Shown one piece after another: positions 57,278-64,000 of a stretch of 64,000 bases of DNA. Numbering within the stretch: position 1 is the first letter of the stretch; each line of letters opens with the position of its first letter. Below the pieces are notes generated by a model. The model was not told the origin of the DNA and made no database searches. It saw only the letters and a list, made by a program, of their open reading frames with translations. A program made the translations under genes and the position numbers. The stretch comes from a virus. The stretch spans positions 32,001 to 96,000 of IMG/VR virus record IMGVR_UViG_3300028073_000008, one strand, 5' to 3'.

Positions 57278-57625
57278 ATGAGTGACGGCGGCAAAGGTAG
57301 TAAACCAAGACCATTTAGTGTTGATCAAAAGACATTCGATAATAACTGGGATAATATCTTTAACAGAAAAAAGAAAACAGACGCAGAACTGTTTGATGAA
57401 GCTGTCATGAAAGATGAATACTACGATTTGGAGAATGAAATGCAGATGCCTGTAGAAGAAAACGCAGATGAAATTGGTAAATGTGGTTGTGGTCGCAGCC
57501 CCACTGGTAAGTGTATCGGTTGGCATGGACTGACCGAAGAAGACTATCGAGTCAAGCTAGCAGAATGGGAAGAAAAGAAACTAAGCGATCGCAAAGTCGC
57601 AGCCAGCTATATCAAAGAAGATTAA
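57278..57625 (+). CDS. protein with CDGSH-like Fe-S/Zn finger
   Basis: CGCGRSPTGKCIGWH. Confidence 0.6.
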   Translation: MSDGGKGSKPRPFSVDQKTFDNNWDNIFNRKKKTDAELFDEAVMKDEYYDLENEMQMPVEENADEIGKCGCGRSPTGKCIGWHGLTEEDYRVKLAEWEEKKLSDRKVAASYIKED

Positions 57626-57632
57626 TAAAAAT

Positions 57633-57708
57633 GCGGGTGTAACTCAGTTGGTAGAGTGATAGCCTTCCAAGCTATATGTCGCGAGTTCGAACCTCGTCGC
57701 CCGCTCCA
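57633..57708 (+). tRNA. tRNA-Gly(TCC)
   Basis: atagc-CTTCCAA-gctat, CCA. Confidence 0.9.
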
Positions 57709-57719
57709 GGATTTTTTCT

Positions 57720-58289
57720 ATGATACCGGTCATCGATAGTAACGACATCTTTAAGACATATGATTTCAGTTCTGTCATAACACAACAGGATGTCGATCAG
57801 GCTATTTCTAGTATCGAGCGTGTCATAGCAGATGGTAACTATTTTGAAAATAGTCCCAAGTTCCAAACCAAAGAAAACATATTCCAAAGACCAGAATCCT
57901 GTTGGTTGAAGTTTCGTATGAGCTTTATATTCAGTGTGTTCATGTATCTAGGACGTGAAGCAAAGATATCAAATATGATGGCTTGGTCATTTATGACCAA
58001 TCTACACGGTGCCGAGGATCGAGATAAACTTTGGCATCATCATCACCATAAAACAAATACTAACATGCTCAGTGGCATAATGTATCTTCATATACCCGAC
58101 GATGTTACCAATCGGGATACCTGCGGAACAGAAATGGCTCCAAACGGTCTAGAATCAGATGACAGACTGTTTATTAGACCATATAATTATACTTGGTTGA
58201 TATATCCAAGCAGGATATGGCACCGCCCGGGAATAGTACAGAGTAACAACTATAGATTCGTATTAGCAGGAGATATCGAATACAGTTAA
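57720..58289 (+). CDS. 2OG-Fe(II) oxygenase-like
   Basis: WHHH, SGIMYL, IYPS..WHRP, RFVLAGD. Confidence 0.65.
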   Translation: MIPVIDSNDIFKTYDFSSVITQQDVDQAISSIERVIADGNYFENSPKFQTKENIFQRPESCWLKFRMSFIFSVFMYLGREAKISNMMAWSFMTNLHGAEDRDKLWHHHHHKTNTNMLSGIMYLHIPDDVTNRDTCGTEMAPNGLESDDRLFIRPYNYTWLIYPSRIWHRPGIVQSNNYRFVLAGDIEYS

Positions 58290-58295
58290 AAACAT

Positions 58296-58373
58296 CTGCC
58301 CGTAGCTCAGCCGGATTAGAGCAACAGCCTTCTAAGCTGTGGGTCGGGGGTTCGAATCCCTCCGGGCAGGCCA
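58296..58373 (+). tRNA. tRNA-Arg(TCT)
   Basis: acagc-CTTCTAA-gctgt, CCA. Confidence 0.92.
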
Positions 58374-58376
58374 CTA

Positions 58377-58452
58377 CTCTCCGTAGTTCAACAGGATAGA
58401 ACAAGACACTCCTAAGGTTTAGATGGCTGTTCGAGTCAGCCCGGGGAGGCCA
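58377..58452 (+). tRNA. tRNA-Arg(CCT)
   Basis: CTCCTAA loop, weak anticodon stem, CCA. Confidence 0.78.
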
Positions 58453-58455
58453 AAT

Positions 58456-58538
58456 GCGAGCGTGGAGAAATCGGTAAACTCAGGAGACTTAAAATCTCCC
58501 GCTTCGGCTTGTGGGTTCGAGTCCCACCGCTCGCACCA
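58456..58538 (+). tRNA. tRNA-Leu(TAA)
   Basis: ggaga-CTTAAAA-tctcc, CCA. Confidence 0.9.
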
Positions 58539-58541
58539 AAG

Positions 58542-58615
58542 GCTCCTATAGTTAAGTGGTATAACACATCCTTGGTAAGGATGAATTACAAGTTCAATTC
58601 TTGTTGGGAGCACCA
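58542..58615 (+). tRNA. tRNA-Thr(GGT)
   Basis: catcc-TTGGTAA-ggatg, CCA. Confidence 0.88.
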
Positions 58616-58690
58616 TCTTTATCTGTATGTTTTTAAAGGTATTTGTCCAAAATAAGTAATAAGTTGGCCTTTAAAAACATGGAGGTTATT

Positions 58691-59194
58691 ATGAGAAACA
58701 TAGCAATAGTCTGTGTTGCCCTGTTATTAGGTGGCTGTCAGACTACAACACAAGCAGCTAGACCCTACATGGAAGAAGCACATCGTATGGAGGGCATGGA
58801 TGCTAAAACTAATCGTAAAGAACTCAAGCATTATATGAATTCGGCCAGAACAGGCACCGTAGATCCTTTACATATTCCTTGGTGTGCTGGTTGGGCAAAT
58901 GCCGTATTACAGAATAATGGAGTACAAGGAACTCATAGTCTAATGGCTCGCAGTTTCTTGAAATGGGGTCATCCTACACATAATCCACAAGAAGGCGACA
59001 TCGTGGTTCTGCGTAGAGGTCGAGCCGAATGGAGTGGTCATGTGGGATTCTTCAAAGGATATGAAGTAGTCGATGGCGTCACTTATGTCAAGGTATTGGG
59101 AGGCAATACTGACAAGAGTGTCGCGATCGGATACTTTCCGACTAATTATGTCCTAGCATTTAGAGCACCAAATTATTCTCCCAAAATGAATTAG
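58691..59194 (+). CDS. TIGR02594-family NlpC/P60-like hydrolase lipoprotein
   Basis: LGGC lipobox, PWCA, ARSF..WG, GHVGF, LGGN. Confidence 0.82.
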   Translation: MRNIAIVCVALLLGGCQTTTQAARPYMEEAHRMEGMDAKTNRKELKHYMNSARTGTVDPLHIPWCAGWANAVLQNNGVQGTHSLMARSFLKWGHPTHNPQEGDIVVLRRGRAEWSGHVGFFKGYEVVDGVTYVKVLGGNTDKSVAIGYFPTNYVLAFRAPNYSPKMN

Positions 59195-59270
59195 CCCTGG
59201 TGGCGGAATCGGTATACGCACTACGTTGAGGTCGTAGGTTTTGCGGGTTCGAATCCCGCCTAGGGCACCA
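59194..59270 (+). tRNA. tRNA-Leu(GAG), short V arm
   Basis: ctacg-TTGAGGT-cgtag, CCA. Confidence 0.82.
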
Positions 59271-59271
59271 C

Positions 59272-59300
59272 TTGACTTTTCGATCGTTTTTGTGTATAAT
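59272..59300 (+). promoter_or_regulatory. sigma70 promoter
   Basis: TTGACT-17-TATAAT. Confidence 0.75.
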
Positions 59301-59329
59301 AAACACATGTTCAATTCTTAAGGACTTTT

Positions 59330-59590
59330 ATGAATCGCGATGAGCATTTTGAGTATAACAATGAAGAAGAAGCTGAGATCGCACAGATCAACAGCTTAGT
59401 GATGAATATGAACGCAGAGAGAGCACTGCGTGACAAATTGGAAAAGCAACGTTCGCAACCTTCCGCTGAGTTCTGCGAAGGCTGTGGCGATGAAATTCCA
59501 GAACCGCGTAGATTGGCTATACCTGGTGTCACACACTGCGTATACTGCCAAGATCGAAATGAACGACTGAGCAAACTAACTGCTAAATGA
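59330..59590 (+). CDS. TraR/DksA C4 zinc-finger protein
   Basis: CEGCGDEIPEPRRLAIPG..HCVYCQ. Confidence 0.88.
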   Translation: MNRDEHFEYNNEEEAEIAQINSLVMNMNAERALRDKLEKQRSQPSAEFCEGCGDEIPEPRRLAIPGVTHCVYCQDRNERLSKLTAK

Positions 59591-60051
59591 AAGGGGCCGT
59601 CATGGCTAGAGAACGTGCGAAATTGAGCGAAAAGGAAGAACGAATCCTGATCCAAAGTCAGTTGATGGGTCTTACTACTGCTAACATGATCCGTATCGGT
59701 AATCGCCTGCGAGCCATTGATATCGAACGCGAGCAAAAAGAACTGATCAATCGTCTGATGGAAGGACGTTCTTATAGCAAGCAGACCAATGGTTGGAAAA
59801 TCGTTGATCAAGATGGTGTGAACTATGAGTTCAACAAGATCAAACTCAAGCGCAAGACCAACTATTACGAATCAGCATGGGCTTGGGAAGTCACTATCAC
59901 TAAGCCAGGTACTAGATTCGTGCCCAAGAAATTGGAGAAAGTTTCTCGCTACAACGGCAATTACGATGATCCTCCTCAGCGTCTCTGCCCTGACAACAGC
60001 AAGGAACTATTTGGAGTATTGAAAGTTTTAAACAACGTAAGGATCTCATGA
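59587..60051 (+). CDS. hypothetical protein
   Basis: ATGA-coupled ORF. Confidence 0.6.
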   Translation: MKGAVMARERAKLSEKEERILIQSQLMGLTTANMIRIGNRLRAIDIEREQKELINRLMEGRSYSKQTNGWKIVDQDGVNYEFNKIKLKRKTNYYESAWAWEVTITKPGTRFVPKKLEKVSRYNGNYDDPPQRLCPDNSKELFGVLKVLNNVRIS

Positions 60052-60260
60052 TGAAAGTCTTAGACGTTAGGTGGTTTAGTGGTGGTCATGTGGTAGGCAT
60101 CGTTCGAGTCGATGTTCCATATGAAGGTATCAAATATTACATAGGTTCAGGAAACGGTGACGACGAAGCTGTGGATATCGAATACATCTCTGCGTATGGC
60201 GCTACATTTCCTAGCGATGTAGGAGATATTTTATTTGGAATAAAAAATGAACAAGAATAA
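60048..60260 (+). CDS. hypothetical protein
   Basis: ATGA-coupled ORF. Confidence 0.55.
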   Translation: MMKVLDVRWFSGGHVVGIVRVDVPYEGIKYYIGSGNGDDEAVDIEYISAYGATFPSDVGDILFGIKNEQE

Positions 60261-60340
60261 ACTGTATTGTGTGACTTGTTTTGGACCCTTCGCTCGTTTC
60301 CGGCAGAACGGTGTGTGGCACGTGAATCATAGGTGCTGAA

Positions 60341-60556
60341 ATGACTATAGAAGATTTACAACATATTTTTCAGCCTCAGATTGACGAAGGCACAACCAAA
60401 CTCTACTATATGTTAGTAGACGCATTTACGCCTGACTCAGGTATTACTGGTACGGTGTTGCGACACGATGTAAACGATCTCGAATCTCTGTTACCCATGC
60501 TGGACTGTTTTCAATACGCTGGAACTAGAGCAAGAATGCCAAGGTTTAGAAAATGA
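60341..60556 (+). CDS. hypothetical protein
   Basis: ORF in operon. Confidence 0.5.
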   Translation: MTIEDLQHIFQPQIDEGTTKLYYMLVDAFTPDSGITGTVLRHDVNDLESLLPMLDCFQYAGTRARMPRFRK

Positions 60557-60624
60557 CGCCAGAATATGGCGGCAGGTAGGTCGACAGCGGCACGGCTGAT
60601 TAAAGAACATTTCGGAGTTGAAGA

Positions 60625-61188
60625 ATGAAACCGTGGATACAGAACGTAAGCCTTAGCGATGTCCGTAAGGGATTCCACATCGACGCTGGTATCAATTCTA
60701 TGTTGATCCAGATCGTAGATCCCGGTATGGAGTTTCCTACACCTTCTTATCAATTCCGCGAGGTCCATCAATTTGAATTCTTGGATGTCGAAGAAAAAGA
60801 TGAGGTCTTGGAAGAAGCCATGCGATGCTCGCATGAGCAGGCAGCTGAACTAGTACGACTGCTAGAACATGCGATGGAACAGCATATGAATGTAGTTGTC
60901 CATTGTGTAGCCGGAGTCTGTCGTTCGGGTGCTGTCTGTGAAATCGGTGTCATGATGGGCTTCCGAGACACAGAAGCTTTCCGTAGCCCTAATCTTCTAG
61001 TCAAGCATCGCATGATGAAACAGTTAGGTTGGACCTACGACGAGAATGAACCTCATACCATCAATGGTTATACTACTGATGCGGGGATCGTTCTTCCTAA
61101 GACCATAGACTGGGATACTGATAACGAAAAGGTCTTTACACTAGCGGCAGAACGTCGTGAGCGTAGACAGCGTGAAGGCGATATTTAA
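60625..61188 (+). CDS. CX5R (tyrosine/dual-specificity) phosphatase-like
   Basis: VVHCVAGVCRSGA. Confidence 0.8.
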   Translation: MKPWIQNVSLSDVRKGFHIDAGINSMLIQIVDPGMEFPTPSYQFREVHQFEFLDVEEKDEVLEEAMRCSHEQAAELVRLLEHAMEQHMNVVVHCVAGVCRSGAVCEIGVMMGFRDTEAFRSPNLLVKHRMMKQLGWTYDENEPHTINGYTTDAGIVLPKTIDWDTDNEKVFTLAAERRERRQREGDI

Positions 61189-61207
61189 ACTGTGGCTTTT
61201 TTACAAC

Positions 61208-61256
61208 AGCCCTGTAACCTATTTTGGTTGACAGGGTTTCTTTTTGGTGCTACAAT
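61208..61256 (+). promoter_or_regulatory. terminator hairpin overlapping a sigma70 promoter
   Basis: AGCCCTGT-AACC/GGTT-G-ACAGGGTT plus T tract; TTGACA-17-TACAAT. Confidence 0.65.
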
Positions 61257-61291
61257 AGACAAAGAATGAAAGTAAAAGAAAGAGGGCGAGT

Positions 61292-61726
61292 ATGTCAGTA
61301 TTCAAAGATTTGATCGGAAAAAGAATCAACGGAGTGTTCGTTGGTAACGAAAACTGGAGCCTTGTGTTCCGTACGACCGATGGTAAGTTCTATCGTTACG
61401 ACACTAGAAATGATTGCTGTAACAGTGTGTGGGTAAATCATATCACTGGTGTCGACTGTGTGGGTAAAGGCGACTCCTTTGACATCATCAAAGGTGCTCT
61501 TGTTATCGACACCGAAGACAAAGGATGGGGTGAGAACCGAAGCGACGACGAAGACGGTTACGAAGTCATCCAAGATGGCTTCTGGACTATCAAGACCGAC
61601 CGAGGTTATATCGATATCGAAGTTCGTAACAGCCACAATGGTTACTACGGCGGCGACATCGAGTTCCAAGAAAACGAAGGTGTTTCAGATATCGACAACT
61701 TCAAACAAGTATTAGAAGATTTTTAA
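61292..61726 (+). CDS. phage hypothetical protein
   Basis: DCC.SVW, SHNGYYGG. Confidence 0.65.
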   Translation: MSVFKDLIGKRINGVFVGNENWSLVFRTTDGKFYRYDTRNDCCNSVWVNHITGVDCVGKGDSFDIIKGALVIDTEDKGWGENRSDDEDGYEVIQDGFWTIKTDRGYIDIEVRNSHNGYYGGDIEFQENEGVSDIDNFKQVLEDF

Positions 61727-61740
61727 GAAAGGAGGGCACA

Positions 61741-62346
61741 ATGCCTAGTGTATTTTTAGTTAGCGATACGCACTTTGGTCACGCAGGTGTGTGCCGCTTC
61801 ACACGTAACGACGGTGTTACAAAGTTGCGTCCATGGACTGATCCAGACGAAATGGATGAAGCTATGGTCAAGGCTTGGAACGAACGTGTCAAGCCCACGG
61901 ACAAGGTCTATCATTTAGGCGACGTGGTTATAAACCGCAAGGCAATGAAGACATTGGCTCGGTTGAACGGTGACAAGGTCTTGATCCGTGGTAACCACGA
62001 TATCTTCCGTGACGACGAGTACAGACAGTACTTCCGTGAGTTACGAGCATATCATGTTATGAACGGGATGATCTTAAGCCATATTCCTGTACACAGTGAC
62101 AGCTTGGGACGTTTTGGTGTTAACATTCACGGACACTTACACGCAAACCGCGTTAAGAAAGCTCGTGGCGTTGATGCTCGCACAGGAGAAATCTTGTACA
62201 GCGAGGAAAACGATGTTCGTTATCATTGCGTCTGCGTAGAACAGACTCCGGACTTTGCGCCTATATTGTTTGAAGATGTTATCAAGAACATCGAAGCAGA
62301 AGGTGGAAGTGTTGGATTTCGAAACGGCAACGGTCCGGAGATGTAA
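61741..62346 (+). CDS. calcineurin-like phosphoesterase
   Basis: SDTHFGH, LGD, GNHD, HGHLH. Confidence 0.88.
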   Translation: MPSVFLVSDTHFGHAGVCRFTRNDGVTKLRPWTDPDEMDEAMVKAWNERVKPTDKVYHLGDVVINRKAMKTLARLNGDKVLIRGNHDIFRDDEYRQYFRELRAYHVMNGMILSHIPVHSDSLGRFGVNIHGHLHANRVKKARGVDARTGEILYSEENDVRYHCVCVEQTPDFAPILFEDVIKNIEAEGGSVGFRNGNGPEM

Positions 62347-62810
62347 TGCCAAAATGTTATCAACTTATCGGAGTCCCAGGTAGTGGAAAATCTACCTGGG
62401 TTTCCAATCAAGAGTGGGCCAAAGATTGTAGTATTGTATCCACCGATGCATGGGTAGAAGATTACGCAAAACGAATGGGAAAAACTTATTCAGAAGTTTT
62501 TACTGAATACATGCCTGTAGCAGTAAAGCTAATGGCTGATCATGTTGTCAAATGCCGTCAAGATGGTATAGATATTATTTGGGATCAGACTAGTACTACT
62601 GTCAAAAGTCGTGCCCGAAAATTCAATATGTTGCCAGAATATGAGCATATTGCTGTAGTATTCCGTACACCCGAGCATACAGAACTCATGCGTCGGCTGA
62701 TGAGTCGACCTGGTAAAGAAATTCCCGAACACGTTATTACTAGCATGATCGACGGATGGGAAGATCCAACTGAGGAAGAAGGATTTAAAGAAATTTGGTA
62801 CGCTCAATAA
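62346..62810 (+). CDS. P-loop kinase (AAA_33, polynucleotide-kinase-like)
   Basis: GVPGSGKSTW, STD, WDQT, EEGF. Confidence 0.82.
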   Translation: MPKCYQLIGVPGSGKSTWVSNQEWAKDCSIVSTDAWVEDYAKRMGKTYSEVFTEYMPVAVKLMADHVVKCRQDGIDIIWDQTSTTVKSRARKFNMLPEYEHIAVVFRTPEHTELMRRLMSRPGKEIPEHVITSMIDGWEDPTEEEGFKEIWYAQ

Positions 62811-62835
62811 AAGGACCCTAGGGTCCTTTTTTTTT
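62808..62835 (+). terminator. intrinsic terminator
   Basis: AAAAGGACCCTAGGGTCCTTTTTTTTT. Confidence 0.85.
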
Positions 62836-62885
62836 GACTTTTTTTTGGAAATCAATAAATACGCATATAATCCTGGAGAAATAAA

Positions 62886-63437
62886 ATGCTGCTTGGCCTT
62901 GATGACCTCAGGTTTAATCAAGAATGGTTAGACCTTTTGAAAAATGATCCCGTACATCCCGATATACCTATACATGATCGTTTGATCGATGGTCGAACTG
63001 TGTTTGCTTTCGCACCAGAAGGCACTCCGGTAGCTATGGTCTGTGCCAAACTATCAGATCATATTAACAAATCAATGACTGATATCCTTAGCCCTAGCCA
63101 ACAGAAAATGGTAGCTATGTTCTATACCGTATTCCGTTTGCCTGGAGCAGCAGGCAGTGTCGGAGCCGATATCATCAATCAGGCTATCGCATACTGTAAA
63201 TCTCAAGGTGTAGAACAACTTTACACTCTAAGCCCAATCCCTAGCCTCAGGAAAAATTTCGTCGAAATGCCCACAGAAGAAGAAATTAGAGAATACATAC
63301 AAGCTCGTAAAGATCCTGTAGCTCGTTTCCATTTGGGCAATGGTGCTCGTTTAGCTGGTGTTAATTTCGCAGCCGATTCTAGTCCAAAACGTTTGGAAGA
63401 AAGCTGGGGGATTATGGTGAACTACGATTATTCTTAG
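62886..63437 (+). CDS. malonyl-CoA decarboxylase-like catalytic core
   Basis: AMFYT, TLSPIP, DPVARFHLGNGA, N..AD.S, S.GIMVNY.Y. Confidence 0.78.
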   Translation: MLLGLDDLRFNQEWLDLLKNDPVHPDIPIHDRLIDGRTVFAFAPEGTPVAMVCAKLSDHINKSMTDILSPSQQKMVAMFYTVFRLPGAAGSVGADIINQAIAYCKSQGVEQLYTLSPIPSLRKNFVEMPTEEEIREYIQARKDPVARFHLGNGARLAGVNFAADSSPKRLEESWGIMVNYDYS

Positions 63438-63521
63438 CTCGTTTTAAATTTTGGCGTGTGCTATACTAAATCATACCTCAGATAAATAACTTTGGACGGA
63501 GCGTCCTTGATTGGTGGATTT

Positions 63522-64000
63522 ATGCGCAAACGTATAGCTCTTTTTCTCAGCCACCCAAAATGTTCGATTCAATGCGGCAACGGCATGATCAGGGCCCTAA
63601 GCCCACATTACGATTTCAAAATTTTCAGCAAACACAGTCTAGAAGATGACTTCTTCGACGATGTCGATATAATCGCCATGCCCGGAGGCATAGGTGATTC
63701 CGACAGCTTCTTCAAACTTTTCAAAGAAAACGGTGAACGAGTCAAAGAATTTATAGACAACGGCGGATATTATTTGGGCATATGTATGGGCGCCTATTGG
63801 GCTGGCAGCAGATATTTTGATATACTAGAAGATGTAGATGCTGAACAATATATCACACGCCCAAACACAGACACAAGAAGGCCTCACCCAAAAAATATGC
63901 CCGTAGTTTGGAACGGTCAAAAAACCAATATGTATTTCTACGATGGCTGCGCACTAGTAGGCAATAGAAATAAATTCCAAACCATAGCCACATACAGCAA
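63522..64000 (+). CDS. BPL_N / class I glutamine amidotransferase-like protein (partial, runs off window)
   Basis: own translation: MRKRIALF...MPGG...GGYYLGICMGAYWA. Confidence 0.75.
   Translation, partial: MRKRIALFLSHPKCSIQCGNGMIRALSPHYDFKIFSKHSLEDDFFDDVDIIAMPGGIGDSDSFFKLFKENGERVKEFIDNGGYYLGICMGAYWAGSRYFDILEDVDAEQYITRPNTDTRRPHPKNMPVVWNGQKTNMYFYDGCALVGNRNKFQTIATYS

Noticed and set aside
47840-59270. CRISPR array
   Set aside because: The recurring motifs are tRNA T-arms and CCA ends, not identical repeats with spacers.
1-64000. Alternative genetic code or stop reassignment
   Set aside because: Conserved genes are intact under code 11, TAG and TGA end genes normally, and no suppressor tRNA was seen.

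Overview
A gene-dense 64 kb stretch of a large tailed-phage (jumbo/T4-like) genome. A proteobacterial host is inferred from DnaK, GuaC and IF-1 character. No capsid, tail or replication genes fall in the window and no CRISPR array was seen. Left to right it carries: host-takeover and proteostasis genes (bS21, 3'-5' exonuclease, guaC, dnaK, Hsp20, clpS, heme oxygenase plus bilin reductase); a curli-secretion (CsgF/CsgG/curlin)-FecR-autotransporter-CHASE2 adenylate cyclase module; an array of small paralogous W-C...F-x-L-K-W proteins; ClpP-like and IF-1 genes; a ~16 kb cluster of radical SAM, 2OG-oxygenase and kinase-like genes; and a ~11 kb array of 35 tRNA genes covering all 20 amino acids, interspersed with unexplained structured RNAs. 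The standout is an unannotated 49-codon leader ORF (47418-47567) that contains all 20 amino acids and 37 different codons. It is coupled to mutually exclusive antiterminator and terminator hairpins directly in front of the tRNA array, making it a candidate translation-sensing attenuator that turns phage tRNAs on when a host tRNA becomes limiting. Other highlights are ROSE-like RNA thermometers before both dnaK and hsp20, a candidate -1 frameshift at A_AAA_AAG, and two tRNA-His genes with different identity rules. All calls come from reading the sequence by eye; no database searches or folding programs were run.
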